A program made the position numbers and the translations under genes. Source: Bdellovibrionota bacterium (GTDB lineage: Bacteria; Bdellovibrionota_C; UBA2361; OMII01). From it: a stretch of 64,000 bases of DNA. Of this stretch, positions 39,944-49,535 are shown piece by piece (the stretch's first letter is position 1; every line of letters begins with the position of its first letter). The stretch spans positions 1-64,000 of the forward strand of contig JBIJBE010000006.1 of assembly GCA_044345405.1 (NCBI GenBank), given 5' to 3'. The notes beneath the pieces are model-generated. The model ran no database searches, was not told where the DNA came from, and saw nothing but the letters and a program-made list of their open reading frames with translations.

Positions 39944-41161
39944 CGATGGGGCGGCGTCGCTAAGACCGAGTACACTCCGTCCAAGTGACCACGCGCGATA
40001 TCGATACCGCGAGAATAAAACGGCCGATGTTGGAAGAACCCACACTAGGTAGTTGGAGTGCATCTCAACATGGAGCGAATTAATGATGACCGCCATAAGG
40101 GTGAACTCGTACATCAATGAGTCGACATCTACCTCCTTAAGGAAATTTCTCGCGACAAAGATGACGACGCACACGAGTCGGCCGTCGCGGATGAGGTTGT
40201 GAAGCTCAGGGGGTGTAATAGTAAAGATACTCGTCGGTGTTCCCCCTTTCACAAAGTGGAAGTACACAACGTCATGAAAGAATCGAGCCGGTTCCCATAG
40301 AAAAAAAGGAACCATCGGAAGGCATCCGAGCGCGACGCCAACGAAAAATCTGAAGGGAAATTTTCGACGAATCATCAGGATAATCAGAAACGCGGCGGGA
40401 GAGAATTTTGCTGATAGGGAAAGTCCGGCGAGAAAGCCGGCGGCCCCGCTCTTGCTCACCTGTAGAAGTGAGAGACTCGCGAGCACCAAGAACACAGGCA
40501 AATGGTCATTTATCCCCATACTCACATCGTTCAAGAGCGCCCGAGGCATGGTGACGACGGCGGTGGCGAATACTATCGCCGCGATCTTTGGAACGACTCC
40601 CTGAACACCCTGAGCGGCGAACCGCCCCGTTAAAACCAGAATGCCGGCGATATATACAAACGAGCAGACCTTGAACCAAAAGGGGCCCCAGATCGCTGGC
40701 AGATAGCCGAACATCATCAGAGGACCGTACATGAACGCCACGCCAGGAAAACTCGACCAGCGACCGACTTCGGAGGGATAGTACGGATTCTCGTGAAGCA
40801 CAAAGAAATTGCGTATCGCCATTTCAACCAGAGTGCCGATGTCCAAGACCGCGGGACTGAAGAGGGGACGAGGGAGGTGTGCGACTGAGATCTCTTGGGC
40901 GAGAAGTATTAACAGAAGCACTATCGAGATCTCTACACCGAGAGCGACGTTAGAGGGTCTCCCCACCTCACTTCGGTGGGAGAGGCTTACCAAAAGGATA
41001 ACGATCGTCCAGTATCCGACCAATTTAAGGAGGGGCCAAAAGAAGACCACGGTGGCGAAGGTCTCATACGCGCACCAGACGAGGAGCAGGAGCGAGATGG
41101 ATGAGATGACCGCGAGAAGGTCAACCTTACTGGGGGTACGCGTACGCTGTTCGCTTGTCAT
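39932..41161 (-). CDS. GT87/DUF2029-like membrane glycosyltransferase
   Basis: NPY...FMYGPL, GINDH, SAKFSP, HSNYLVW; multi-TM. Confidence 0.65.
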   Translation of the reverse strand: MTSEQRTRTPSKVDLLAVISSISLLLLVWCAYETFATVVFFWPLLKLVGYWTIVILLVSLSHRSEVGRPSNVALGVEISIVLLLILLAQEISVAHLPRPLFSPAVLDIGTLVEMAIRNFFVLHENPYYPSEVGRWSSFPGVAFMYGPLMMFGYLPAIWGPFWFKVCSFVYIAGILVLTGRFAAQGVQGVVPKIAAIVFATAVVTMPRALLNDVSMGINDHLPVFLVLASLSLLQVSKSGAAGFLAGLSLSAKFSPAAFLIILMIRRKFPFRFFVGVALGCLPMVPFFLWEPARFFHDVVYFHFVKGGTPTSIFTITPPELHNLIRDGRLVCVVIFVARNFLKEVDVDSLMYEFTLMAVIINSLHVEMHSNYLVWVLPTSAVLFSRYRYRAWSLGRSVLGLSDAAPSLPR

Positions 41162-41330
41162 AAAACTATTTCACCGAGCGATCTCCCTCTCGTTCATCAC
41201 GGAGACGCTTCTCCTCCTTGCTTCCTAGAAACCAATAAGACAGGGAGGTCGTTTGGTCTACAACAAATCTCTCGTTCGAAGCGACTCACCTCCCCGCAAC
41301 TTTCAACGCCGTGACACGATACAGAGAGCC

Positions 41331-42131
41331 ATGAAACGGAATTCCCTCGCTTGCTCATGGCTCTCAGGCCCCCTGGAGGTTCTCTTCCCGAGGGAGTGCC
41401 TGGTTTGCACCCGTCCGCTGCGGGGAAGTTCGCTCTGTTTCCGCTGCACCCCTTCGCTCATTAATCTGGAAACGCCGCGATGCGCCCGATGTTTCGGCGC
41501 TGTGTGGAATACCCCGGAGCCCCTCTGTCCCGCGTGCGAGACATTCCCCTTGGAATTCAAACGAATTCGGTATTTATGGGAGTACGAAGGGGTCGCCCGC
41601 GACTTCATACGAGCTATGAAGTATCAACCGAGTCCGTATCTGGCGTATCGAGCCGGGGAGTTTATGGCTAACCATCTTCCTAACCTATACGCTGATAACG
41701 TGTGGGACCTTATCGTTCCTGTTCCGTCATCTCCGGAGATGCTCAAGAAACGATTATTCCATCCCTGCGCGGAGATGAGTAAAGCTCTCTCACGGCACCT
41801 GGTTCGAGCGTCGATCCGATACGCGCTGGAGCACCGTGGCAACCGCACTCCCCAAGCGCGCCGTTCACACCGCGAACGCCTGCGAGGATTACGCACTATC
41901 TTTCGAGTTCCAAAGAGTGGTCACGTGGCCGGCAAGCGAGTGCTTCTTATTGAAGACGTCATAACCACCGGAGCCACCGTTGCGGCCGCGTGCCACACCC
42001 TGTACGAGGCTGGCGCCCTATCCGTAGACGTTGTCGCGCTGGCCGAGGCTCGGGTATGGAGACGATTTCGGAGCCGAATTTTCGACCTTTTCAACCCTCC
42101 GAGAGAGCGCATCTCCGGTGTACTGGCATAA
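41331..42131 (+). CDS. comF: ComF family protein (double zinc ribbon + PRT domain)
   Basis: Four CxxC pairs; IVPVP; VLLIEDVITTGAT. Confidence 0.88.
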   Translation: MKRNSLACSWLSGPLEVLFPRECLVCTRPLRGSSLCFRCTPSLINLETPRCARCFGAVWNTPEPLCPACETFPLEFKRIRYLWEYEGVARDFIRAMKYQPSPYLAYRAGEFMANHLPNLYADNVWDLIVPVPSSPEMLKKRLFHPCAEMSKALSRHLVRASIRYALEHRGNRTPQARRSHRERLRGLRTIFRVPKSGHVAGKRVLLIEDVITTGATVAAACHTLYEAGALSVDVVALAEARVWRRFRSRIFDLFNPPRERISGVLA

Positions 42132-42153
42132 GGTTCGGTGGTAGCGTTGCGGC

Positions 42154-43017
42154 ATGACTACCGCAAACTCTCAAGCACAAGCAGCCGAATCTCTGTCCAA
42201 GTTTCTTGATGTGATCGCGCAACTTCGTAATCCGAATGGCGGGTGCCCGTGGGATCTCAAACAGACCTTCGAGTCGTTGCGTTCTTGTCTCGTTGAGGAA
42301 TCGTATGAGGTGCTTGACGCGGTAGAGACGAGCGATGAAGCGGTGCGTGAGGAGCTCGGGGATCTCTTGTCGATCATCGCGCTCTACGCTCGAATTGCTG
42401 AAGAGAAGAACTCCTTTTCATTCGCGTCCGTTGTCGAAGGGATCACCGAGAAACTTGTTCGCCGACATCCACACGTCTTTGGTGATGTGAAGGTCAGCGG
42501 AGAGGCAGAGGTCTTAAAGAACTGGGAAGCTATCAAACAGCAGGAGCGCGCTGCGGACCCGAAGAAGGCAAAGGGTCTGCTCGACGGGCTACCTCGCTCA
42601 ATGCCAGCGCTTCAGAAGTGTCACGAGATCGGGGTGCGGTGCGCCCGAGTTGGGTTTGACTGGACAAACGCTGAGGGGGTCGCGGAAAAGGTACGTGAGG
42701 AGCTCGCCGAGTTCTTAGCGGAGCTTCCAAACCCCAAGAACGCAGCTATGAACGCCGGTGGAAAGCCGTTCAACAAGGAGCTCGTCTATGAGGAGTTCGG
42801 GGACCTCCTCTTCACCCTCGCTCAGGAGAGTCGCCATTTAGGGTTTAACGCGGAGGAGGCGCTGGCGGCAGCGAACGCGAAGTTCATGCGCCGATTCAAA
42901 ATCCTCGAACAGATCGCGACCGAAGAGACCCCGGAGAAACCTCTTAATACCCGTACGACCGAGGAGCTGGAGGCCCTCTGGCAACAGGTTAAAAAACGGG
43001 CCTCGAACGTTTCTTAA
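42154..43017 (+). CDS. mazG: nucleoside triphosphate pyrophosphohydrolase MazG
   Basis: GCPWDLKQT, EESYEV, EELGDLL, KLVRRHPHVF, GFDW, EEFGDLLF. Confidence 0.95.
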   Translation: MTTANSQAQAAESLSKFLDVIAQLRNPNGGCPWDLKQTFESLRSCLVEESYEVLDAVETSDEAVREELGDLLSIIALYARIAEEKNSFSFASVVEGITEKLVRRHPHVFGDVKVSGEAEVLKNWEAIKQQERAADPKKAKGLLDGLPRSMPALQKCHEIGVRCARVGFDWTNAEGVAEKVREELAEFLAELPNPKNAAMNAGGKPFNKELVYEEFGDLLFTLAQESRHLGFNAEEALAAANAKFMRRFKILEQIATEETPEKPLNTRTTEELEALWQQVKKRASNVS

Positions 43018-43166
43018 AGACCTCCACTTAAGGTATCTTTCAGGCCTTCTTACGGCGGAGAAGGGCTTTGAAAGCCAAGGTTTTCGCTGATTCGGCATGA
43101 GTTCGGTGGGTAGTGGATTGCCCGCGATCATGTCGTTTCTAGTTTAGCACCAGAGAGGCTGCACCA

Positions 43167-43343
43167 ATGCTCGTGCTATCCAGGAGGGTCGGAGATAGGA
43201 TCCTCATCGGCAAGGACGTTTGGCTAACCGTGGTCCAAATTGCCGGTGACAAAGTTCGGATCGGGATTGAGGCTCCCAAGGATGTTCCAATCATCCGACA
43301 GGAGATCCTCCCCGACGACAACCGTGACAAGCCATCGAACTAA
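43167..43343 (+). CDS. csrA: carbon storage regulator CsrA (58 aa, absent from the ORF track)
   Basis: MLVLSRRVGDRILIGKDVWLTVVQIAGDKVRIGIEAPKDVPIIRQEI; GAGAGG upstream. Confidence 0.93.
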   Translation: MLVLSRRVGDRILIGKDVWLTVVQIAGDKVRIGIEAPKDVPIIRQEILPDDNRDKPSN

Positions 43344-43571
43344 CGTATTCGATGCTTCGTGAGTCGAGGGATTGGGAATTGCAAAACGCGCCCAATCCTT
43401 CACTCACCTATCAACCGGTTGCTTGAGAGGTTTTCAAACAAAGCCCTTTTCTCCGCAACCTTTCGCGTGCACCTCCGTGCGTCGCGTAGCCGCATTTTCC
43501 CTACAAAAAGATTTATAATTCCAGGGAACTACGACTTTAAGCCACACACCACAAGTTCCGGGGTCCTTTAC

Positions 43572-43600
43572 TTGTCGCAACGCACCGCCTGGTATACGAT
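43572..43600 (+). promoter_or_regulatory. putative sigma70 promoter of ahcY
   Basis: TTGTCG-N17-TACGAT. Confidence 0.5.
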
Positions 43601-43655
43601 TCCGGGGTCAAAAGCCACCTCACAGCGGGGTGCATGTAACTGATAAAAAACGCGT

Positions 43656-44966
43656 ATGCTACAAGCCATGAAGACAAATTTCACCGATTACAAGGTCGCG
43701 GACATCACCCTCGCTGATTGGGGCCGCAAAGAGATCGTTATCGCCGAGAAGGAGATGCCAGGACTCATGGCTCTTCGTGAAGAGTACGGCAAGTCGCAGC
43801 CTCTCAAGGGCGCTCGCATCGCCGGCTCCCTCCACATGACGATTCAGACAGCTGTTCTGATCGAGACCCTCATCGCCCTTGGCGCTGAGGTTCGTTGGTC
43901 GAGCTGCAACATCTTCTCAACGCAGGACCAAGCTGCAGCGGCCATCGCAGCGGTAGGCATACCGGTATTCGCCTGGAAGGGTGAGACCCTTGAGGAGTAC
44001 GACTGGTGCCTTGAGCAGACCGTGAACTTCAACGGCAAGGGACCAAACATGATCCTTGACGACGGTGGAGATCTCACGATGCTTGTGCACAACAAGTATC
44101 CAGAGATGATGAAGGACATCTACGGAATCTCTGAGGAGACAACAACAGGCGTTCACCGTTTGTACGAGATGCTCAAAGCGGGAACCCTCAAGGCTCCAGC
44201 CTTCAACGTTAACGATTCTGTGACGAAGTCGAAGTTCGACAACCTCTACGGATGTCGTGAGTCCCTCGCTGACGGAATCAAGCGCGCTACTGATGTTATG
44301 GTAGCGGGCAAGGTTGTTGTGGTAGCTGGATACGGAGATGTAGGCAAAGGTTCCGCTCACTCGATGAAGACCCTCGGCGCTCGCGTTCTCATCACTGAGA
44401 TCGACCCGATCTGCGCTCTTCAAGCGGCGATGGAAGGCTACCAAGTTGTAACGATGGAGACAGCAGCTCCTATCGCTGACATCTTCGTAACCGCGACCGG
44501 CAACGTAAACATCATCAACGAGAAGCACTTCAAGTTGATGAAGGACGAGGCCATCGTGTGCAACATCGGTCACTTCGATAACGAGATCGATATCGCGTGG
44601 CTCGAGAAGAACACCACCGAGATGAACATCAAGCCTCAGGTTGATAAGTTCGTTTTCAAGGATGGACGCGCTATCGTCGTGCTCGCTCGAGGACGTCTTG
44701 TGAACCTTGGTTGCGCTACTGGCCACCCAAGCTTCGTAATGTCGACCTCGTTCACGAACCAGACACTCGCTCAGATCGAGCTTTACACCAAGAAGGGACA
44801 ATACCCTGTTGGGGTATACGTTCTTCCGAAGTTTCTCGACGAGAAGGTTGCTCGCTTGCACCTCAACAAGCTTGGCGTTCAGCTCACTGAGCTCACCGAC
44901 CAACAAGCAGAGTACTTGAGCATGAAGAAGGAAGGTCCTTACAAGCCTGAGAACTATCGGTACTAA
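43656..44966 (+). CDS. ahcY: adenosylhomocysteinase
   Basis: [61 protein letters not shown]. The start may be 43668. Confidence 0.98.
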   Translation: MLQAMKTNFTDYKVADITLADWGRKEIVIAEKEMPGLMALREEYGKSQPLKGARIAGSLHMTIQTAVLIETLIALGAEVRWSSCNIFSTQDQAAAAIAAVGIPVFAWKGETLEEYDWCLEQTVNFNGKGPNMILDDGGDLTMLVHNKYPEMMKDIYGISEETTTGVHRLYEMLKAGTLKAPAFNVNDSVTKSKFDNLYGCRESLADGIKRATDVMVAGKVVVVAGYGDVGKGSAHSMKTLGARVLITEIDPICALQAAMEGYQVVTMETAAPIADIFVTATGNVNIINEKHFKLMKDEAIVCNIGHFDNEIDIAWLEKNTTEMNIKPQVDKFVFKDGRAIVVLARGRLVNLGCATGHPSFVMSTSFTNQTLAQIELYTKKGQYPVGVYVLPKFLDEKVARLHLNKLGVQLTELTDQQAEYLSMKKEGPYKPENYRY

Positions 44967-44997
44967 TATCCCGACCTCGCACGAGGTCGAGATTTAG

Positions 44998-45031
44998 AAA
45001 CCGCCACGGTGAAAGCCGTGGCGGTTTTTTT
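44998..45031 (+). terminator. intrinsic terminator of ahcY
   Basis: AAACCGCCACGGT-GAAA-GCCGTGGCGGTTTTTTT. Confidence 0.88.
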
Positions 45032-45204
45032 ATTTCCTAAACCTCCCCGCACACCTTCGTCGAAAGTCCCCTGAAAAGAGTCTCTGAAAAGGGCAGAAAC
45101 CTCCTCGTTGGCTCTCATCCAAGCAGCCCTATCCGATCCGCTTTGAGCAACATTCTCTGCCCTACCCTTCATAATAGGGAAAGGCTCCAAAACAGGGATC
45201 GTTT

Positions 45205-46173
45205 ATGCGTCAGCTTTTCTTCCTTCTCGCTCTTTGTCCCATCCTTGTAGTGGGCTGCGTCAGGGAATCTGATGATGCAACGTCATCTGGAGGGGATGAC
45301 AACTCATCCAACAATCAGACAACCCCGTCCAATAAGGAGTTGTTCTTATGCGAGACCAAAGACCTCGAACCGGATTCCAGAGCCCAAATCGCAGACATGT
45401 TCACGACACAACGAAGTAGTCTCGCGGCGCTCGCCAACACCACAAGCGCCAAGACCACCTCGCTACCTGTCTATTTCCACGTTATCGGACGTGCAAGCTC
45501 CGAAACGAGCCGGGAAGTACCCGATGAAGCGCTCGTGGAGCAAATTGATGTCCTGAACCGAGCCTACTCGGGTAAAACCGGCGGAGCTTCCACCCCATTC
45601 CGATTTGCGTTGGGAGGAATTAATCACGTGGACAAACCCGAATGGAGAGCTATCTCGCCCGGCTCTGATGAAGAGACCGCCATGAAGAAAGCGCTCCGGG
45701 TAGGTGGCGTTACGACTTTGAACGTATACATCACGGACATCGTTCCGCCGCCGAATCAAAATGTGAAGGGGAAGATCTTAGGTTTCGCCACCTTCCCCTT
45801 TACCTATCGCATGCAACCAACTATGGACGGAGTGGTTCTCAACTACCGAGTCGTACCGGGAAGTGATGTGGCTAATTACAACGTTGGGCACGTACTGGTG
45901 CATGAGACTGGGCACTGGCTCGGACTCTTTCACACATTTACCGGTGGCTGTGAAAGTCCGATCAACGACCTGATTACAGACACTCCCCGGGAGGCGTTAC
46001 CAACCCCAGGTGAGTACTGTCCAACAAAGCGAGACTCCTGCCCACAATCGCAAGGCCTCGACCCGATTCACAATCATATGGCCTACACCGCGGACCGTTG
46101 CCGAACAGAGTTCACCCCAGGACAAGTTGCCTTCATGCGATTTACCATGATGCTCTTTCGAGGGGAGCGCTAA
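45205..46173 (+). CDS. M43 (pappalysin/ulilysin-like) zinc metalloprotease lipoprotein
   Basis: HETGHWLGLFHTF, DTP, NHMAY Met-turn, FTPGQ; lipobox VVGC. Confidence 0.9.
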   Translation: MRQLFFLLALCPILVVGCVRESDDATSSGGDDNSSNNQTTPSNKELFLCETKDLEPDSRAQIADMFTTQRSSLAALANTTSAKTTSLPVYFHVIGRASSETSREVPDEALVEQIDVLNRAYSGKTGGASTPFRFALGGINHVDKPEWRAISPGSDEETAMKKALRVGGVTTLNVYITDIVPPPNQNVKGKILGFATFPFTYRMQPTMDGVVLNYRVVPGSDVANYNVGHVLVHETGHWLGLFHTFTGGCESPINDLITDTPREALPTPGEYCPTKRDSCPQSQGLDPIHNHMAYTADRCRTEFTPGQVAFMRFTMMLFRGER

Positions 46174-46217
46174 AGGTAGGCTTGATTTCCTCCATGAGAC
46201 CATCCTAACCTCCTTAC

Positions 46218-46904
46218 GTGTCCGCTTTTCTCATCCATCAAGAACTCTCCTACCTCGTCCTTCTCGCCGATTCGCTGGGAACTAAGACCCATGCAGCCGG
46301 GGGCGCTCCGTATCCGGTGACGGCTCCCAAGCTCGTTCATGTCGCGCCAGGCGTATATGCCGCGCACGCCGGGACCCTACAGCCCGCCATCGACATGCTC
46401 TCGGAGCTTGGGGAGACCCTGACAACAGCGACCACCTGGGAGTCCATTACGTCTCGGATGCGTGCTATCGGCGAAAGCGTCTACGCCCGATACCAAGAAC
46501 GGTTCAAGTCTGACTCCTTCGATGTCCGAGTGGCTCTCGTATTGACCGGAGAGAGACGACACCCCTCTGACATCGAACACGACCGCAGCTCGTCGATCGT
46601 AGTGTGGGAGGTCGCGCGAAAGTTTGAGCCTCACCATACCACCGGTCACGTATACTTCGCGGGCAGCGCGCCCCTCTCGGAGCTCGCCACTAACTTCTTA
46701 GCACAACCCCTTCTCGCCGGTATGTTGCGACAAGGGCCCCTTGCGGCTGCTCACGCGCTTGTGGCGACGCACGCCGCGCTCTCCAAGTTGAGTTCGACCA
46801 TCTCCCCGGACGCGAATGTGGTGATCATCGGTGATGATGATGAACACACGGTACTTCACGGAACCCTTTTGGAGCTCGCGCAAGCGGTGCTCATGAAGGG
46901 ATGA
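46218..46904 (+). CDS. proteasome-beta-like Ntn-fold protein with N-terminal Ser
   Basis: After Met removal: S1, D17, K37, G51, and a later AGSA motif; spacing follows the proteasome beta subunit pattern. Confidence 0.6.
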   Translation: MSAFLIHQELSYLVLLADSLGTKTHAAGGAPYPVTAPKLVHVAPGVYAAHAGTLQPAIDMLSELGETLTTATTWESITSRMRAIGESVYARYQERFKSDSFDVRVALVLTGERRHPSDIEHDRSSSIVVWEVARKFEPHHTTGHVYFAGSAPLSELATNFLAQPLLAGMLRQGPLAAAHALVATHAALSKLSSTISPDANVVIIGDDDEHTVLHGTLLELAQAVLMKG

Positions 46905-46945
46905 TACTCCTCCTCTAACGGGACGAGCCTACTGGAATCTTCGAT

Positions 46946-48019
46946 ATGAGTTCATCACGGACAAACGGCTCCCGCTTCGAACGGCGCCTTTCTCGGACGG
47001 TTGCTCTATCGTTTACATGCTGTTCTGTGATCTATGTGGTCCTGTTTCTCGGGAATTACGAAAATAATATCCTCATATTTCTGGCTAACGTGTTCGCTCC
47101 GGCGCTCCTCATCATCGCTGCAGGGGTGACAGTCCTTGCCGAGCTTCTTGCCCTGGCGCGAAAAAAACCGCCACAGTTCCGAGAACGGGTCGTTCGGACA
47201 TCGCTTATCGTTTCCTTCCTTATACCCACCGTTGCCGGTGAGATTCGGGCCCATCCCCGACGGAATCTTTCAGGCATCCGGTCCGATTCTCAATTCACCG
47301 TCCTCGACGCGAACCTCTTGGGTCCAGTTGATGTTGATCCTGGCTTTTACGACGAGGTCGCTCGCAGGCGTCCCGATATCATTACCCTCCAGGAGTTGAA
47401 TCCAACCGTAGCGGAGCGATTGAGCGCTCGGCTCGGGGAGGACTATCCATGTAAGGTCGTCGAGGCGAAGCCCGCTGTATTCGGAATGGGGGTATTCTCT
47501 CGATTTCCGTGCGGGGAACGAGACTCCTCCCGCTTCCCCCGCGCGATCGGCGTTCCGCAGATAGTCGACGTTCAACTGCCAAACAACAAGACAGTCGGGG
47601 TGGTCAACGTTCATACGGTGCCACCGCACATCCTCATCAAGGGAAGGCACGACGATAACGATGTGCAGCAGCTCTCAAACGCGATCATTGAGCGCGAGCT
47701 ATTCGTCCAAGATATCATCAAGACGTCTCGTCTTATCGACACTGACGCCGCGGTCCTAGCGGGAGATTTTAACGCCACCACTCGGAATCGAGTCTATCGC
47801 CTCGTTCGTCAGATGGGATTGTTTGACGCGTTCTCCTCGGGAAGTAGAGTGCGCGGAGGGACCTGGCCCGGCCCACAGTTTCCACTTCCCTCATGGATGA
47901 TGCGCATAGACTTTATCTTTCACTGCGCGGGGCTGACATCTATCGCGGCGGAAACATTACCCAGCGGATATGGTTCGGATCATCGCGGTGTACTCGCGAC
48001 ACTCGCGTTTGTTCAATAG
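46946..48019 (+). CDS. endonuclease/exonuclease/phosphatase (EEP) family membrane protein
   Basis: DIITLQE, AGDFN, RIDFIF, SDH. Confidence 0.9.
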   Translation: MSSSRTNGSRFERRLSRTVALSFTCCSVIYVVLFLGNYENNILIFLANVFAPALLIIAAGVTVLAELLALARKKPPQFRERVVRTSLIVSFLIPTVAGEIRAHPRRNLSGIRSDSQFTVLDANLLGPVDVDPGFYDEVARRRPDIITLQELNPTVAERLSARLGEDYPCKVVEAKPAVFGMGVFSRFPCGERDSSRFPRAIGVPQIVDVQLPNNKTVGVVNVHTVPPHILIKGRHDDNDVQQLSNAIIERELFVQDIIKTSRLIDTDAAVLAGDFNATTRNRVYRLVRQMGLFDAFSSGSRVRGGTWPGPQFPLPSWMMRIDFIFHCAGLTSIAAETLPSGYGSDHRGVLATLAFVQ

Positions 48020-48060
48020 AGGTCAAGTAACCCCAGAGCGACGATGCGTCGCACGTCAGA

Positions 48061-48450
48061 TTAATTGAAGAGTGCCGGATACAGCAACTTGAATCGCGGT
48101 ATCTGCACGGTGACAAAATCCGCTTCACCTCTCTTGAAGAGATAGCTACCTTGCATCGCTCCGATCGGATCTTTGATAACGGTGCTGCTCGTGTACTCAA
48201 ATCGCTCCCCCGGCCTGAGAACGGGTTGAACGCCAACAACACCGGCGCCATTGACCTCGCCGGTTTGCTCGCCCGCGGATTCGATGATCCAGTGCCGCTC
48301 AAGAAGTTGCACGGTATCGCCGGATTGATTCTCAATCGCCACGTTGTAGGCGAAAACAAAGACGCCCTCAGCGGGGCGGGTCTCTTCAAAGATAGGTGCC
48401 GGCTCAACCGTCACCGTGATGCTTGCGGTTGTCTCAGTGAAGGTGCTCAT
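48061..48450 (-). CDS. apaG: ApaG protein
   Basis: FAYNVAIEN, QLLERHWII, GVVGVQPVL.PG..FEYTS, GAMQGSY. Confidence 0.93.
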   Translation of the reverse strand: MSTFTETTASITVTVEPAPIFEETRPAEGVFVFAYNVAIENQSGDTVQLLERHWIIESAGEQTGEVNGAGVVGVQPVLRPGERFEYTSSTVIKDPIGAMQGSYLFKRGEADFVTVQIPRFKLLYPALFN

Positions 48451-48525
48451 ACGTTTAATGCTAACTAAGTAACGGTGCGCTGAAAAGGGTGTCACGTTCT
48501 GGATGCTGGATTAAGGCCACGTTCC

Positions 48526-49524
48526 ATGATACCTGACCCTAGGCGCATGAAACTTCCCCTCCACACCACTATTGCCCCCTTACGTCCCTATCATGGGGCT
48601 GTAAAGGGTCATGAGGTGGTGAACGAGTGCCGGAAGGTGTGGAGCCTTATGATGAGGTCGCCACACTGGAACGGGATCCGAAAGTCACTTTCGACTCTCC
48701 TGAGCGACACAAACCTCTCTGGAACCGACATAAACCTCCATGCCGACGCTATCTCGGCGACGTTACCCCCCGGCCTAGAGTACGAGGGACTGAAAGATAT
48801 CTGTCGGTCCCTCATTTCGTGGCGAACGGGTCCCTATCAGCTAGGGGAGTTCGCGCTCGATACGGAGTGGCGTTCGCACATGAAGTGGCGGCGAGTATCC
48901 CCTATGATCCCGCAACGCTCGGGGATGCGGATCGCCGATGTCGGATGCAGCAACGGCTACTTTCTCTATAAGCTCTCGACGTTACATCCAGAGATAGCCA
49001 TCGGCTTTGATCCGGTCGAGCGCTGTTGGCTCCAATTCGCGTTGCTTCAGTCAATTCTGCGCGTCCCGAACCTGGCGTTCCTACCGATGGGGATCCTCGG
49101 GCTCGACGCTTTCCCGGAATTCTTCGATTTCATCTTGTGCATGGGGGTTATCTATCATCAACGTGATCAAGCGCTCGCAGTCAGGAAACTCTACGACGCG
49201 ACACGACCCGGCGGACACGTGCTTCTTGAAAGCCTTGTGGTGCCTGGCGATGAGCCACTCACTATTACGCCACCCGATCGGTACGCGAAGATGCGCAATG
49301 CGTGGACGATGCCCTCAGCCGCGTCACTCAAAACTCTTTTCCTAAACGCTGGATTTCAAGATGTCCGCGTTGAATCGTTCGGCCCCTTAACCACCTTTGA
49401 GCAACGACGTACTGAGCTTGCGCCATTTGAGAGTTTGTCCGACTTCCTTGACCCGAACGATCCTTCACGCACCGTTGAGGGACATCCCGCCCCGCATACA
49501 GCCGCGGTTATCGGACGAAAGTAG
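48526..49524 (+). CDS. cmoB: tRNA U34 carboxymethyltransferase
   Basis: WRTGP, DTEWRS..KW, DVGCSNGY, MGVIYH, RYAKMRN, ESLSDFLDP...TVEG.PAP. Confidence 0.9.
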   Translation: MIPDPRRMKLPLHTTIAPLRPYHGAVKGHEVVNECRKVWSLMMRSPHWNGIRKSLSTLLSDTNLSGTDINLHADAISATLPPGLEYEGLKDICRSLISWRTGPYQLGEFALDTEWRSHMKWRRVSPMIPQRSGMRIADVGCSNGYFLYKLSTLHPEIAIGFDPVERCWLQFALLQSILRVPNLAFLPMGILGLDAFPEFFDFILCMGVIYHQRDQALAVRKLYDATRPGGHVLLESLVVPGDEPLTITPPDRYAKMRNAWTMPSAASLKTLFLNAGFQDVRVESFGPLTTFEQRRTELAPFESLSDFLDPNDPSRTVEGHPAPHTAAVIGRK

Positions 49525-49535
49525 GCTCGTAAAAC

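Noticed and set aside
43139-43330. 63-aa minus-strand ORF
   Set aside because: Antisense to csrA.
43600-43667. SAH or SAM riboswitch before ahcY
   Set aside because: The leader is short with one small hairpin and lacks the SAH (GAGGAGCG...AGGCTC) and SAM-class consensus motifs.
43917-44906. 329-aa minus-strand ORF
   Set aside because: Antisense shadow of the codon-biased ahcY gene.
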